Source of the DNA: Hyphomicrobiales bacterium
GTDB lineage: Bacteria; Pseudomonadota; Alphaproteobacteria; Rhizobiales; JAKSCL01
NCBI GenBank assembly: GCA_022360615.1
Contig: JAKSCL010000295.1
Location: 1 to 53,687 of the forward strand
DNA: 53,687 nt
Direction: 5' to 3'
Position 1 is the first letter of the stretch, and each line of letters begins with the position of its first letter. Positions 9,633-18,229 of the stretch are shown in pieces. Below the pieces are notes generated by a model. That model made no database searches. It saw only the letters and a list, made by a program, of their open reading frames with translations, and had not been told where the DNA came from. The translations under genes and the position numbers were made by a program.

Positions 9633-10373
9633 TCATTCTGCCTCTTTAGCGCGGGAACCGGCTGTGTCCCCATGCCGATTCTTCATGCCAGCCAGCATCT
9701 CGCGCTTTCGCCCGAAGCCCCGGCGGCGCTCGACCATGAAACCCGCCGCCTCCAGATTGCGGCGCACCCAACCCGCCGCCGTATAGGTGGCGAAGGTGCC
9801 GCCGTCCTTCGTGTTCCTGAAAACCGCGGCCATCAGCGCCTCGCCCCATAACTCCGGGTTTTTGGCGGGGCTGAAGCCGTCGAGATACCAGGCATCCGCT
9901 TTTCGGGGCATCTCGGCGATCGTGGCGTTGGCGTCGCCGACGGCGAGATGGAGGGCCGCCTTTTCGAACGGGATGGTGTGCCATCCCGCTGATGGCGGCC
10001 AGATAGCCAGCAAGGGGCGCGTGAGGGAGGCAAGGTCCGGCCACGGTGAAAGCGCGCGGATCATGGCACCTGGGTTCATCGGAAAGGCTTCGAATGAGAT
10101 GAATGTCAGGCGATGGTCCTTGGGGGCGGTTGCCATGAACCGGTGATAGGTTTGAAGGAAATTGAGCCCCGTTCCAAAGCCCAGTTCGCCGATGGTGAAG
10201 TCGGGCATGGTCCGCCAACGGTCTGGCAGCCCGTTCCCGGCGAGAAACACATGGCCGGTTTCCTCCCGCCCGCCCTCTTTCGAATAATAGGTGTCGTCAT
10301 ACGCGCTCGAGAGTGGCGTATCGTTTGCGGTCCAAAGGATTGAGGCCTGATTGTCAGCCTTTGCGTTTGGCAT
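9633..10373 (-). CDS. mnmD: stand-alone tRNA (mnm5s2U34) methyltransferase domain protein (MnmC N-domain / MnmD, DUF752)
   Basis: ...DDTYYSKEGGREETGHVFL...FTIGELGFGTGLNFL...ADAWYLDGFSPAKNPELW motifs are typical of the MnmC methyltransferase domain. Confidence 0.8.
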   Translation of the reverse strand: MPNAKADNQASILWTANDTPLSSAYDDTYYSKEGGREETGHVFLAGNGLPDRWRTMPDFTIGELGFGTGLNFLQTYHRFMATAPKDHRLTFISFEAFPMNPGAMIRALSPWPDLASLTRPLLAIWPPSAGWHTIPFEKAALHLAVGDANATIAEMPRKADAWYLDGFSPAKNPELWGEALMAAVFRNTKDGGTFATYTAAGWVRRNLEAAGFMVERRRGFGRKREMLAGMKNRHGDTAGSRAKEAE

Positions 10374-10396
10374 GGGCGGGTTTATAGGACGGGCGC

Positions 10397-11539
10397 ATGA
10401 TCACCGCCACGAAAGAGCGCTATGATCTCGCCATCGTGGGTGGCGGTGTTTTCGGCCTGTGGGCCGCCCGCGCCGCGGTCAAGGCGGGGCTCTCCTGCGT
10501 TCTCATAGAAAAGGGCCGGATTGGCGCGGGTTCGAGCGGCGGTGTCGTCGGTGTCCTCATGCCGCATGTGCCGGAACGCTGGAACGGCAAGAAAGCCTTC
10601 CAGTTTGCAGCACTTGATGGGCTTTCGTCCGACATCGCGCGGCTTGAGGCCGAAACGGGCCTTGAGACCGGCTATCGCCGCTCCGGGCGGCTCATCCCGA
10701 TTGTAACAGAGGACAGACTTGCCCATGCGCGGGCCCGCGAAGCGGAAGCGAAGACGCTGTGGAAGGGGGGTGCCGCGCCCTACGCCTTCAAGGTTCTCGA
10801 AGCATCCCCTTTCGCCGGTTGGCCGATAGCGGATGCCGCGCCTTTCGGCATTATCCAAGACACGCTCGCCGCCCATCTGCGCCCGCGCGGGATTTTGAAG
10901 GCTCTCCGTGCAGCTATTGCATCCCGTTGCCGGATCATGGAGGGCGCTCTGTTTCAACGTTTCGATGAGGCTGCGGGCGAAGTCGTGCTGGCAAATGGCT
11001 CTCTTCTTGCCGAACGGGTGGTGATTGCTTCCGGCGTCGAGGCTTTCGAGCTCATTCAGGGCATGACCGGCCAAACGATTGGAAGGGGCGAAAAGGGCCA
11101 GGCCGTGCTGCTCAAGGGCAAGCTCCCAGCCGGCTTGCCGCTTGTCTATGACGACGGCGTCTATGTCGTCCCGCATGACGATGGGACTGTCGCCGTTGGC
11201 TCGACCTCCGAACGGGTGTGGACGGACATCGACGCGCATGAGGCCGATCTGGCGCCGCTACTGGCGAAAGCGAAACAACTCTGCCCGGCCCTTGAAGGGA
11301 TGGAGGTCGGCGAGATGTGGGCGGGCATCCGCCCGCGCGCGAACAAGCGCGATCCCGTGTTGGGGCTTTTGCCCGGCCGGACCAAGACGTATATCGCGGC
11401 TGGCGGGTTCAAGATCGGCTTTGGCATAGCTCACCGGCTCGCTGTGGCGCTGATAGAAGAGATCACGGGCGCGGACCGCACCATCGATGTGCCCGAGACG
11501 TTCCGTCCGGCCGCGCATTTCGCATCCTTGGTTGCGTAG
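10397..11539 (+). CDS. FAD-dependent oxidoreductase (DAO family, possibly the MnmC oxidoreductase-domain equivalent)
   Basis: YDLAIVGGGVFGLWAARAA dinucleotide-binding N-terminus, 380 aa. Divergent from mnmD. Confidence 0.85.
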   Translation: MITATKERYDLAIVGGGVFGLWAARAAVKAGLSCVLIEKGRIGAGSSGGVVGVLMPHVPERWNGKKAFQFAALDGLSSDIARLEAETGLETGYRRSGRLIPIVTEDRLAHARAREAEAKTLWKGGAAPYAFKVLEASPFAGWPIADAAPFGIIQDTLAAHLRPRGILKALRAAIASRCRIMEGALFQRFDEAAGEVVLANGSLLAERVVIASGVEAFELIQGMTGQTIGRGEKGQAVLLKGKLPAGLPLVYDDGVYVVPHDDGTVAVGSTSERVWTDIDAHEADLAPLLAKAKQLCPALEGMEVGEMWAGIRPRANKRDPVLGLLPGRTKTYIAAGGFKIGFGIAHRLAVALIEEITGADRTIDVPETFRPAAHFASLVA

Positions 11540-11608
11540 CCGGCACGCCTTCGCGCTCTAGTTTACTCCCAGTCATTCAGCACTCACTCTAAGCACTGGA
11601 ATGCGCCC

Positions 11609-13147
11609 ATGGCAGGCACGCGCCTGATCCTCGTTCTCGGCGATCAGCTTTCCCGCACCCTCTCCTCGCTCAGGCGCGGGGTGAAGGGCCGCGATGTGAT
11701 CCTGATGGCCGAAGTCTGGGACGAGACCCAATATGTGAAACACCACAAGAAGAAGATCGCCTTTCTCTTCTCCGCCATGCGCCATTTCGCGGCAGCGTTG
11801 GAAGCGGATGGCTGGTCGGTCGATTACGTTCGGTTGACGGACGAGGGCAATAGGGGGTCCTTCACCGGCGAGGTGGCGCGCGCCATCAAGAGACACGCGC
11901 CCGAGCGCGTCATTGTGACGGAACCCGGCGAATGGCGCGTGCTGCAGATGATGGAGGGTTGGGAAGAGGATTTCGGCGTGCCCGTCGAGATTCTTCCCGA
12001 TGACCGGTTCCTTGCGAGCCACCATGAATTCCAGGACTGGGCGAAGGGCCGCAAGCAGCTGCGCATGGAGTATTTCTATCGCGACATGCGCCGCAAAACC
12101 GGGCTCCTCATGGACGGGGATGCGCCCGAAGGCGGCAAGTGGAATTATGACGCGGAAAACCGCAAGCCCGCGAGACGAGACCTCTTCATGCCATCGCCGA
12201 AGCGGTTCGAACCTCACGAAACGACCAGAGAGGTTTTGGACCTCGTTGCAGACCAATTCTCAGAGCATTTCGGTGATTTGGAGCCGTTCTGGTTCGCGGT
12301 GACAGCCGATGAGGCGGAAGACGCGCTCAGCCATTTCCTGGAGGAGGCCCTCCCCCACTTCGGCGATTACCAGGATGCGATGCTCAAGGATGAGCGGTTC
12401 CTCTATCACTCAATTCTCGGGCTCTACATCAATGCGGGTCTCCTTGACCCGCTGGAGGTCTGCCAGCGCGTGGAAGCCGAGTATGAGAAGGGCCGGGTGC
12501 CGCTCAATGCCGCTGAGGGTTTCATCCGGCAAATCATTGGCTGGCGCGAATATGTGCGCGGCATCTACTGGCTGAAAATGCCGGACTACCTGGAAGAGAA
12601 CTTCTTTGAAGCCGAACGGACCTTGCCGTCCTTCTACTGGACGGGGGAAACGGACATGGCGTGTCTGAAGGCCGCCATCACACAAACCAAGGAAGAGGCT
12701 TACGCCCATCACATTCAGCGGCTGATGGTGACGGGTAATTTCGCGATGCTCGCCGGCATCGATCCGAAGCACGTCCACGCGTGGTATCTGATCGTCTATG
12801 CGGACGCCTATGAGTGGGTGGAACTGCCGAATGTACTCGGCATGAGCCAGTTTAGCGATGGCGGTTTGCTCGCCTCGAAACCCTACGCGGCGGGCGGTAA
12901 CTACATCAACAAGATGTCGGATTATTGCGGGACGTGCCGCTACGACGTGAAGACAAAGACGGGCGAAGGCGCCTGTCCCTTCAACGCGCTTTACTGGGAT
13001 TTCCTCGCCCGGAACGAAGACAAGCTGAAGGGCAACCCGCGGCTCAACCAAGTCTATGCCACCTGGGCGCGCATGAAGCCCGAGACGAAGCAGTCTTACC
13101 GGGCAAGCGCCCACGCCTTTCTCGAAAGCCTCGATTACGATGGATGA
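11609..13147 (+). CDS. phrB: FeS-BCP / CryPro-type (6-4) photolyase
   Basis: Near-collinear resemblance to my memory of Agrobacterium PhrB: LVLGDQLS, HHKKKIAFLFSAMRHF, FIRQIIGWREY, HHIQRLMVTGNF, WVELPNV. Fe-S Cys ligands in ...DYCGTCRYD...GACPFNALYW. Confidence 0.92.
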   Translation: MAGTRLILVLGDQLSRTLSSLRRGVKGRDVILMAEVWDETQYVKHHKKKIAFLFSAMRHFAAALEADGWSVDYVRLTDEGNRGSFTGEVARAIKRHAPERVIVTEPGEWRVLQMMEGWEEDFGVPVEILPDDRFLASHHEFQDWAKGRKQLRMEYFYRDMRRKTGLLMDGDAPEGGKWNYDAENRKPARRDLFMPSPKRFEPHETTREVLDLVADQFSEHFGDLEPFWFAVTADEAEDALSHFLEEALPHFGDYQDAMLKDERFLYHSILGLYINAGLLDPLEVCQRVEAEYEKGRVPLNAAEGFIRQIIGWREYVRGIYWLKMPDYLEENFFEAERTLPSFYWTGETDMACLKAAITQTKEEAYAHHIQRLMVTGNFAMLAGIDPKHVHAWYLIVYADAYEWVELPNVLGMSQFSDGGLLASKPYAAGGNYINKMSDYCGTCRYDVKTKTGEGACPFNALYWDFLARNEDKLKGNPRLNQVYATWARMKPETKQSYRASAHAFLESLDYDG

Positions 13148-13307
13148 CCATGCGATAGAAAAGGCCATCTTGACGCTGTGCGTTGAGCGGCGCGCGGTTG
13201 CGGGCTGGCTTCAAAAAGACGGCCGGATTGCCGTGACGCAAAAGCAGGTGGCTGTCGAAGCCGACATGGCGAAGGGCGCCATCCGGTTGGGTCTGCCGAA
13301 GGTTTAG
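13140..13307 (+). CDS. unannotated 55-codon ORF, possible shortened DUF3253-like protein
   Basis: ATG at 13140 overlaps the phrB stop (ATGGATGA). Translates [55 protein letters not shown]. About 73% GC3 by hand count. The C-terminal G-R-I-x-V-T-Q-K...KG-x-IRLGL resembles the DUF3253 C-terminus as I recall it. Below the 60-aa ORF-track cutoff. Confidence 0.45.
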   Translation: MDDHAIEKAILTLCVERRAVAGWLQKDGRIAVTQKQVAVEADMAKGAIRLGLPKV

Positions 13308-13462
13308 CGGGCGACGGATTTAGTACGTCCCGTCCGCCTGCACCGCTCGGAGCAATAGCGGACATTCTCCCAGTCCCGCTCCCATTTCTTGCGCCAGGTG
13401 AACGGACGTCCGCAGACCGGGCAGGTTTTCACCGGCAGATCGGATTTCTTGCGCGGCTTCAT
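13304..13462 (-). CDS. DUF2256 zinc-ribbon small protein
   Basis: [43 protein letters not shown] (CxxC...CxxxC). The ATG at 13462 overlaps the upstream CPF stop (ATGA). The rest of the 160-aa track ORF lies inside the CPF gene. Confidence 0.8.
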   Translation of the reverse strand: MKPRKKSDLPVKTCPVCGRPFTWRKKWERDWENVRYCSERCRRTGRTKSVAR

Positions 13463-15036
13463 TCGGCAGCACCGTCGGCTAAGTCCAAATCCGGCTGCTC
13501 GCCGGGTTTCGCGCTTGTGCGCCGGCGCGCCGGTTTGCCCCGCTTCTGCCCCGTCACCGGCATGCCGCTTTTCCAGCTGCCGTGCTTGTCCTGGATCCGG
13601 TTCGCTTCCGCCCGGAAAGCCGGGCCCTTGCGTGCGGCCCAGATTCTCTGCCGTGCTTCTTTCGCCGCCGTCAGATGGTCGATGACGGGTTCTGGATAGG
13701 TTTTGCCGAGGACGGTGCCGGCCTTTTCCCATTTCCAGGGTTCGTGGATGAATTCCTCCGGAACATCTTTCAGTTCGGGCACCCAACGCCGCACGAAAAC
13801 GCCATCCGTATCCTGGTCATGGCCTTGTTTTATGGGATTGTAGATGCGCACCGTGTTGATGCCGGTGGTGCCCGATTGCATCTGCACCTGCGGCCAGTGG
13901 ATGCCGGGCTCGTAATCGGTGAAGGCACGGGCGAGATGCTCTCCGGGGCGGCGCCAATCGAGCCAGAGGTGATAGCTCGCCACCGCCATCAGCATCGCCC
14001 GCATGCGGAAGTTCATCCAGCCGGTGGCGTTCAGCGCCCGCATGGTGGCGTCGACAAAGGGGAGGCCCGTTTCACCTTTCTCCCAGGCGGCAAGGCGCGT
14101 GGCATCCGGTTCCTTCGGGCGCGCGCCGTCATAGCCGCGGTGCAGGTTCTTGAACTCCAGCCGCGGCTCGTCTTCAAGTTTTTGCATGAAGTGGCAGTGC
14201 CAATGGAGGCGGCCCGAAAACGAGACCATCGAACCGCGCCAGCCGCCAACGGTATCTTTCGGCAGGGTCTTGAGCGCGCGCTGGCGGGCCCAGGTGGCCT
14301 GCGCCACCTCGCGCACGGAAAGCGCGCCATGGGCAAGATAGGGCGAAAGCCGCGAGCAGCCGTCAAACCCGGTGACCGGCGATGACATGTCGCGCCGGTA
14401 GGTCTCGCCGCGCTCATGGAGAAAGGATTGGAACGTCTCAAGCGCGATCTCGCGTCCGCCCCTCTGCCGGCCCGGGCAGGGATCCGGTTCGAGCCCGAGG
14501 TCCAAGGCCGAGGGGATCTGACCAGTGTCTATGCCGGCGATGGACGGAAGCGCGGCCGCCGCAGGCGTTATGGGTTCAGCCATGAAACTGTCCCAGCGCT
14601 TCGCCCAGCCATTGCGCGAGGCGATCCGGCGAATGACGCCCGTTTGCGGTTCCTCATGCCAGGGAACGCCGTTTTCGCGGCACCAGGCTTTCACCCTCAA
14701 ATCGCGTTTGTAGGTCCAGGCATTCCCCGTCTCCTCATGCGACCAGAGCGCCGTAATCCCTCGGTCCATTCGGATTGCCGAGAGGATGTCGACGATATCG
14801 CCGGTGCGCACGACAAGCGGCTGGCCAAGCGCTGCGAGGTCCTCGCGCAGGTCCGCCAAGCACTCGGCAATGAAGGCCCATTGCCGGGCCGACATATCGG
14901 GCTCTTGCCACAAATCCCGTTCGGCCACGTAAAGCGGCAGAACGGGACCGGCTCTGCTGGCGCGGGCAAACGGCCGGTGGTCGTCTACGCGCAAATCCCG
15001 CTTGAACCAGACGACCTGCAGGTCTGCTTTCACCAC
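13459..15036 (-). CDS. cryptochrome/photolyase-family (CPF) flavoprotein, subclass unresolved
   Basis: N-terminal [15 protein letters not shown] alpha/beta domain. C-terminal FAD_binding_7-like [10 protein letters not shown]...[13 protein letters not shown]...RIYNPIKQG...RRWVPEL...HEPWKW, followed by a basic tail. Confidence 0.9.
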   Translation of the reverse strand: MVKADLQVVWFKRDLRVDDHRPFARASRAGPVLPLYVAERDLWQEPDMSARQWAFIAECLADLREDLAALGQPLVVRTGDIVDILSAIRMDRGITALWSHEETGNAWTYKRDLRVKAWCRENGVPWHEEPQTGVIRRIASRNGWAKRWDSFMAEPITPAAAALPSIAGIDTGQIPSALDLGLEPDPCPGRQRGGREIALETFQSFLHERGETYRRDMSSPVTGFDGCSRLSPYLAHGALSVREVAQATWARQRALKTLPKDTVGGWRGSMVSFSGRLHWHCHFMQKLEDEPRLEFKNLHRGYDGARPKEPDATRLAAWEKGETGLPFVDATMRALNATGWMNFRMRAMLMAVASYHLWLDWRRPGEHLARAFTDYEPGIHWPQVQMQSGTTGINTVRIYNPIKQGHDQDTDGVFVRRWVPELKDVPEEFIHEPWKWEKAGTVLGKTYPEPVIDHLTAAKEARQRIWAARKGPAFRAEANRIQDKHGSWKSGMPVTGQKRGKPARRRTSAKPGEQPDLDLADGAAE

Positions 15037-15737
15037 GGGATCGCCTCGCCGTCATAGGCGAAGAAGCCGCCCGTTTCTTCCGGTGTCAGGCGGTCAAGCA
15101 CGGTAAGAAGATTCTGCGCAGCCTCTGCGGGCGTGTGGGTGGTGCGGCCTTTCGCGTATGCGTGGGTCAGCGCCGTGTCGATGGTGCCGGGGTGGAGCGC
15201 GACGCACACGGCGTCAGGGCGCTTGCGCGCGATTTCTATCGCGGCTACCCGGACCACCTGATTGAGCGCCGCCTTCGATGCCCGGTAGGAAAGCCAGCCG
15301 CCGAGCCTGTTGTCGCCAATCGAGCCCACGCGGGCCGAAAGGGTGGCGAAGATGCTCTTGCCGTCGCGCGCAAGCAGTTTGGCGCCATGCTTGAGGAGGA
15401 GTGCGGGGCCGATGGCATTGACGGCATAGGCACGCGCCATCGTCTGAGCATCGAGATATCTCAGCGCCTTTTCGGGCGGTATCCCGTCGACTTCCAGAAT
15501 GCCGGTCGCATCGAAAATCATGTCGAGCGCCCGGCGGGTTTCGGTGATCTCTTTGAAGGCGGTTTCGACCGTCGTCTCGTCGGCGATGTCGAAGCCTGGA
15601 CGGCTCGAACGGCTGAGACGGATCACAGCGCTGCAGCGCGGGTCTTTGTCAAGAGCATCGGCCATGGCCCCGCCGATGCCGCCCGATGCGCCGACCACAA
15701 GCGCTGTATATCCGTCTCTGAGACTCTCCACCCGCAT
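15030..15737 (-). CDS. SDR family oxidoreductase (C-factor-like)
   Basis: ALVVGASGGIGGA cofactor motif and YRASKAALN catalytic motif. Its stop overlaps the CPF GTG start. Confidence 0.88.
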   Translation of the reverse strand: MRVESLRDGYTALVVGASGGIGGAMADALDKDPRCSAVIRLSRSSRPGFDIADETTVETAFKEITETRRALDMIFDATGILEVDGIPPEKALRYLDAQTMARAYAVNAIGPALLLKHGAKLLARDGKSIFATLSARVGSIGDNRLGGWLSYRASKAALNQVVRVAAIEIARKRPDAVCVALHPGTIDTALTHAYAKGRTTHTPAEAAQNLLTVLDRLTPEETGGFFAYDGEAIPW

Positions 15738-16017
15738 CTCCCGTCCGCAGTCGCGAAACTTAGGGCGAAGCGGCCGGCTGGCCAGCCCTGTCCGTCCTGG
15801 CGGGGACGATGGTTAGGCGACGCGGTCGCGGGGTTGCTGACCGGAGGAGCAGGCGTCGAGATTGGAAATTGCGTGGAGACCCATGGCGTTACCGCTCTCG
15901 CGTGTGGCGCTGCCCACATGGGGCGGTAGAAAGCTGTTGGCGTTTGGCACAACGAGATCCACTCCGCTCCAAAAGGGTGATTACGCCTTTTGGACAAATC
16001 AGGGATAGCTGGAGGGC

Positions 16018-16311
16018 TTATGCCTCGTTCGCCTGCGAATGGCCGCGCTTTTCAAGGACGCGGGCAATGCGCGAGACGACGGATTCAGCGAAGGTCAACA
16101 CGGCGAACAAGGCGATCACGCTTAAAATGTCACGAAAGCCCAGGACAAAACCGCGCCAGGGGCTTTGCGGGAGCAAGCGGATGAGATCGTCGACGTAATA
16201 CCAAGCGCCGTAGGCGAGGGCCGCAGCCAAGAGACTGACGGCTACGGTGATTGCGATTCCGGCGGTGGAGATCGGTATGAGAGCATTCTCGCTTCTCTTA
16301 GAATCGCTCAA
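16018..16311 (-). CDS. hypothetical 2-TM membrane protein
   Basis: 97 aa, TTG start with GAGAGGGA upstream. Two hydrophobic helices (AGIAITVAVSLLAAALAYGAWYY and ILSVIALFAVLTF). No family recognised. Confidence 0.55.
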   Translation of the reverse strand: MSDSKRSENALIPISTAGIAITVAVSLLAAALAYGAWYYVDDLIRLLPQSPWRGFVLGFRDILSVIALFAVLTFAESVVSRIARVLEKRGHSQANEA

Positions 16312-16376
16312 TCCCTCTCACTCCCTATTTTATCGCAAATCCGGACGGACACCCGGTGCCTACTTTTCTGGATTTG

Positions 16377-17159
16377 CTAGAGCAGCTCGGCCGTGTCGAA
16401 ATCGGCCTTGAAGACCAGAAGATTGCCGCGCCGTTCCACCTCGCCCTCAAGCGAGACGGTGAGCGCGAGCAGATCGTAAATCGCGTCGGGCGCGGCCTTG
16501 CCGTCCTTGTCCGCCAGGAGGAAGAATTCTTCGCCCTCGACATTGCCGGTCGAGACGAAGACGGTTGGTATCTCGCCGATCAGGCAAAGGCTGGCACAGG
16601 CTTTGTGGGCAAGGCCGCGGCCCGGACGCATGGCGCCTTGATAACACTTTCCGTCGCAGATTTCGCCGGTTAGCCGCCATCGCCCAAGCGACACGGGTTC
16701 GGGTGGCGCGAAGCCCTCGGGTGGGGTGCCGGTCCCGCCGTTGGCCGGTTTCACGCCGCGTTCCCCACCGGCCAGCTGGATCATGTCGATCGAGCCGCGT
16801 TTCAAGAGCACGCCGCCCGCGAGCACCGCCATACCGTCCTCAAGCGTGCGGCCGACACCCGGACCGCGCTTGCCTTGGCCTGAGAGGAGGAAAGCCGTCG
16901 GTTCGCCCGTTTCCGCATCAGGCGCATAGAGGACGGGGTAGGGCTCGGTGGTGATAATGCCGGTCATTTCCACCCGGTTCCAAACGAAGCGGCCATCGCC
17001 CGGGTCGTTCGCTGTCGTGGCAAGCGAGAACGACAAGAGACCCATCCCAGCAACGAACATGCCGCAGGCAATGGCGAGGAAGGGAACGAGCGGCGCCGGG
17101 ATCTTGTTGAAATAGCCGACGAAGAAGGGCTCGCGCTGTTTGTCGTTTGCGACTGCCAT
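16377..17159 (-). CDS. hypothetical N-terminally anchored protein with two CxxxC motifs and an internal repeat
   Basis: 260 aa. TM anchor LVPFLAIACGMFVAGMGLLSF. Motif C168-x3-C172...C188-x3-C192. Its start lies 2 nt after the upstream Rieske gene stop. Confidence 0.7.
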   Translation of the reverse strand: MAVANDKQREPFFVGYFNKIPAPLVPFLAIACGMFVAGMGLLSFSLATTANDPGDGRFVWNRVEMTGIITTEPYPVLYAPDAETGEPTAFLLSGQGKRGPGVGRTLEDGMAVLAGGVLLKRGSIDMIQLAGGERGVKPANGGTGTPPEGFAPPEPVSLGRWRLTGEICDGKCYQGAMRPGRGLAHKACASLCLIGEIPTVFVSTGNVEGEEFFLLADKDGKAAPDAIYDLLALTVSLEGEVERRGNLLVFKADFDTAELL

Positions 17160-17161
17160 CC

Positions 17162-18229
17162 CTAGGTCACCTTCGCCAATTCATCGGGGATCGTCACTGG
17201 GTCCACATGGGTTCCGGGCGGGTTGGGCCGCGGGTCGAGGAGGATGCGGCTGCCATCGAGTTTCAAGCGGTATGTGGCGATCTTGTCGGTAAACGGGGCA
17301 GGCGCCCGGCCACTGGCCGGGTCGAACTGGAAGCCATGCCACGGGCAGGTGACGCAGCCTGCAATGATCTTGCCCTCGCCAAGCGGTCCGTTCTGGTGAG
17401 CGCAGGCGTTCGTCAGCGCCGAGAGCTTCCCGTCATATTTGAAGATCGCGACGCGCTCGCCGCCCGGAACGTCGAAGGTGATGCCACGCTTTTCCGCGAT
17501 ATCGGCCACGTCGCCCGCAACGACCCAGCCTGTGCCGCCCTCTTCGAGGCGCTCGGGTTCGGCGCGGGCAGGTATGCGCGATGCCGCAAAGTGCAGTCCG
17601 GAAACAGTCAGAACGCTTGCGCCGACGACAACTGCAAAGACGGGGTTCTCCGCGCTTTGCAGATAGCCGAGCGCCACATGCATGACGACAAGGGCGTAGC
17701 AAAGATAAATCGACATGTGGATCGCCTTCCAGACCGTCGGGGTGAGGAAAGCGAGCCAGAAATCGTGGCTTGTGACGGCGAGGATGAGAAGAATGAGAAG
17801 CGCCGCGATGCCGAGCGCCTCAAAGGGGAAGCCCTGTACTTGGCCGAAGCTCGTGTTCGACGACAACATCGCCACGTAAGGATCGACCGGCGAGAAGGCG
17901 AAATACCAGCCAAGCACATAGCTTGCGTGTACGAACGCCACGGCGCAGGTGAGCACACCGAAGTGGCGCCTGTTGTAAAGGAGCGGAAGGAAGCGCCGGT
18001 CAAGCCGGGCAAGCGGTCCGATGCACAAAATGACGCTTAGCATGACGAAGGCACAGCTTCCAAAGGCTTGCATCCTGAGGATTGCGCCATCGGGCGGCCG
18101 CGTCACCGCTTGGAAAGCAGGCGCAACCATCAGATAGACGTAGATGTACAGCACCACACCCGCGATCAAAACGAGATCGTAGATGAGCTTGTTGCGGTTC
18201 CAGGTGACGGGGACGTATTTGACGCTCAT
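17162..18229 (-). CDS. ferric-reductase-like (YedZ/NOX-type) 6-TM domain fused to a C-terminal Rieske [2Fe-2S] domain
   Basis: Six hydrophobic helices carry His pairs H89/H101 and H171/H184. Rieske motif CAH(276-278)-x16-CPWH(295-298). Confidence 0.88.
   Translation of the reverse strand: MSVKYVPVTWNRNKLIYDLVLIAGVVLYIYVYLMVAPAFQAVTRPPDGAILRMQAFGSCAFVMLSVILCIGPLARLDRRFLPLLYNRRHFGVLTCAVAFVHASYVLGWYFAFSPVDPYVAMLSSNTSFGQVQGFPFEALGIAALLILLILAVTSHDFWLAFLTPTVWKAIHMSIYLCYALVVMHVALGYLQSAENPVFAVVVGASVLTVSGLHFAASRIPARAEPERLEEGGTGWVVAGDVADIAEKRGITFDVPGGERVAIFKYDGKLSALTNACAHQNGPLGEGKIIAGCVTCPWHGFQFDPASGRAPAPFTDKIATYRLKLDGSRILLDPRPNPPGTHVDPVTIPDELAKVT

Noticed and set aside
8677-9700. Genomic island at tRNA-Thr.
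   Set aside because: No integrase, no direct repeat of the tRNA 3' end, and the adjacent genes (TauE, mnmD) have normal composition.
10382-11239. 285-aa minus-strand ORF antisense to the FAD oxidoreductase. The same pattern occurs at 11573..12256, 12410..13168, 13582..14385, 14416..15057 and 15135..15929.
   Set aside because: These are shadow ORFs, typical of high-GC DNA. The opposite strand carries proteins with clear family motifs. The antisense translations are Arg/Pro/Gly/Ala-rich with no recognisable domains.
13463-13786. N-terminal 108 codons of the 160-aa track ORF 13304..13786.
   Set aside because: This part lies entirely inside the CPF gene in another frame. Only the last 52 codons (from the ATG at 13462, ATGA-coupled) match the DUF2256 zinc-ribbon pattern.
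15738-16017. Riboswitch or light-responsive operator in the 280-bp leader of the SDR-CPF operon, and the 124-aa ORF 15623..15997.
   Set aside because: I recognised no cobalamin, TPP or other riboswitch core, and no R. sphaeroides RpoE-type TGATC...TAAG promoter at proper spacing. The ORF is Pro/Trp/Arg-rich and overlaps the SDR start. Only a weak hairpin, CCAAAAGG-N9-CCTTTTGG (15969-15993), is present.
17147-18040. 297-aa plus-strand ORF opposite the Rieske/ferric-reductase gene.
   Set aside because: The minus-strand frame has a complete Rieske motif and six clean TM helices. The plus-strand product is R/D/A-rich and motif-less.
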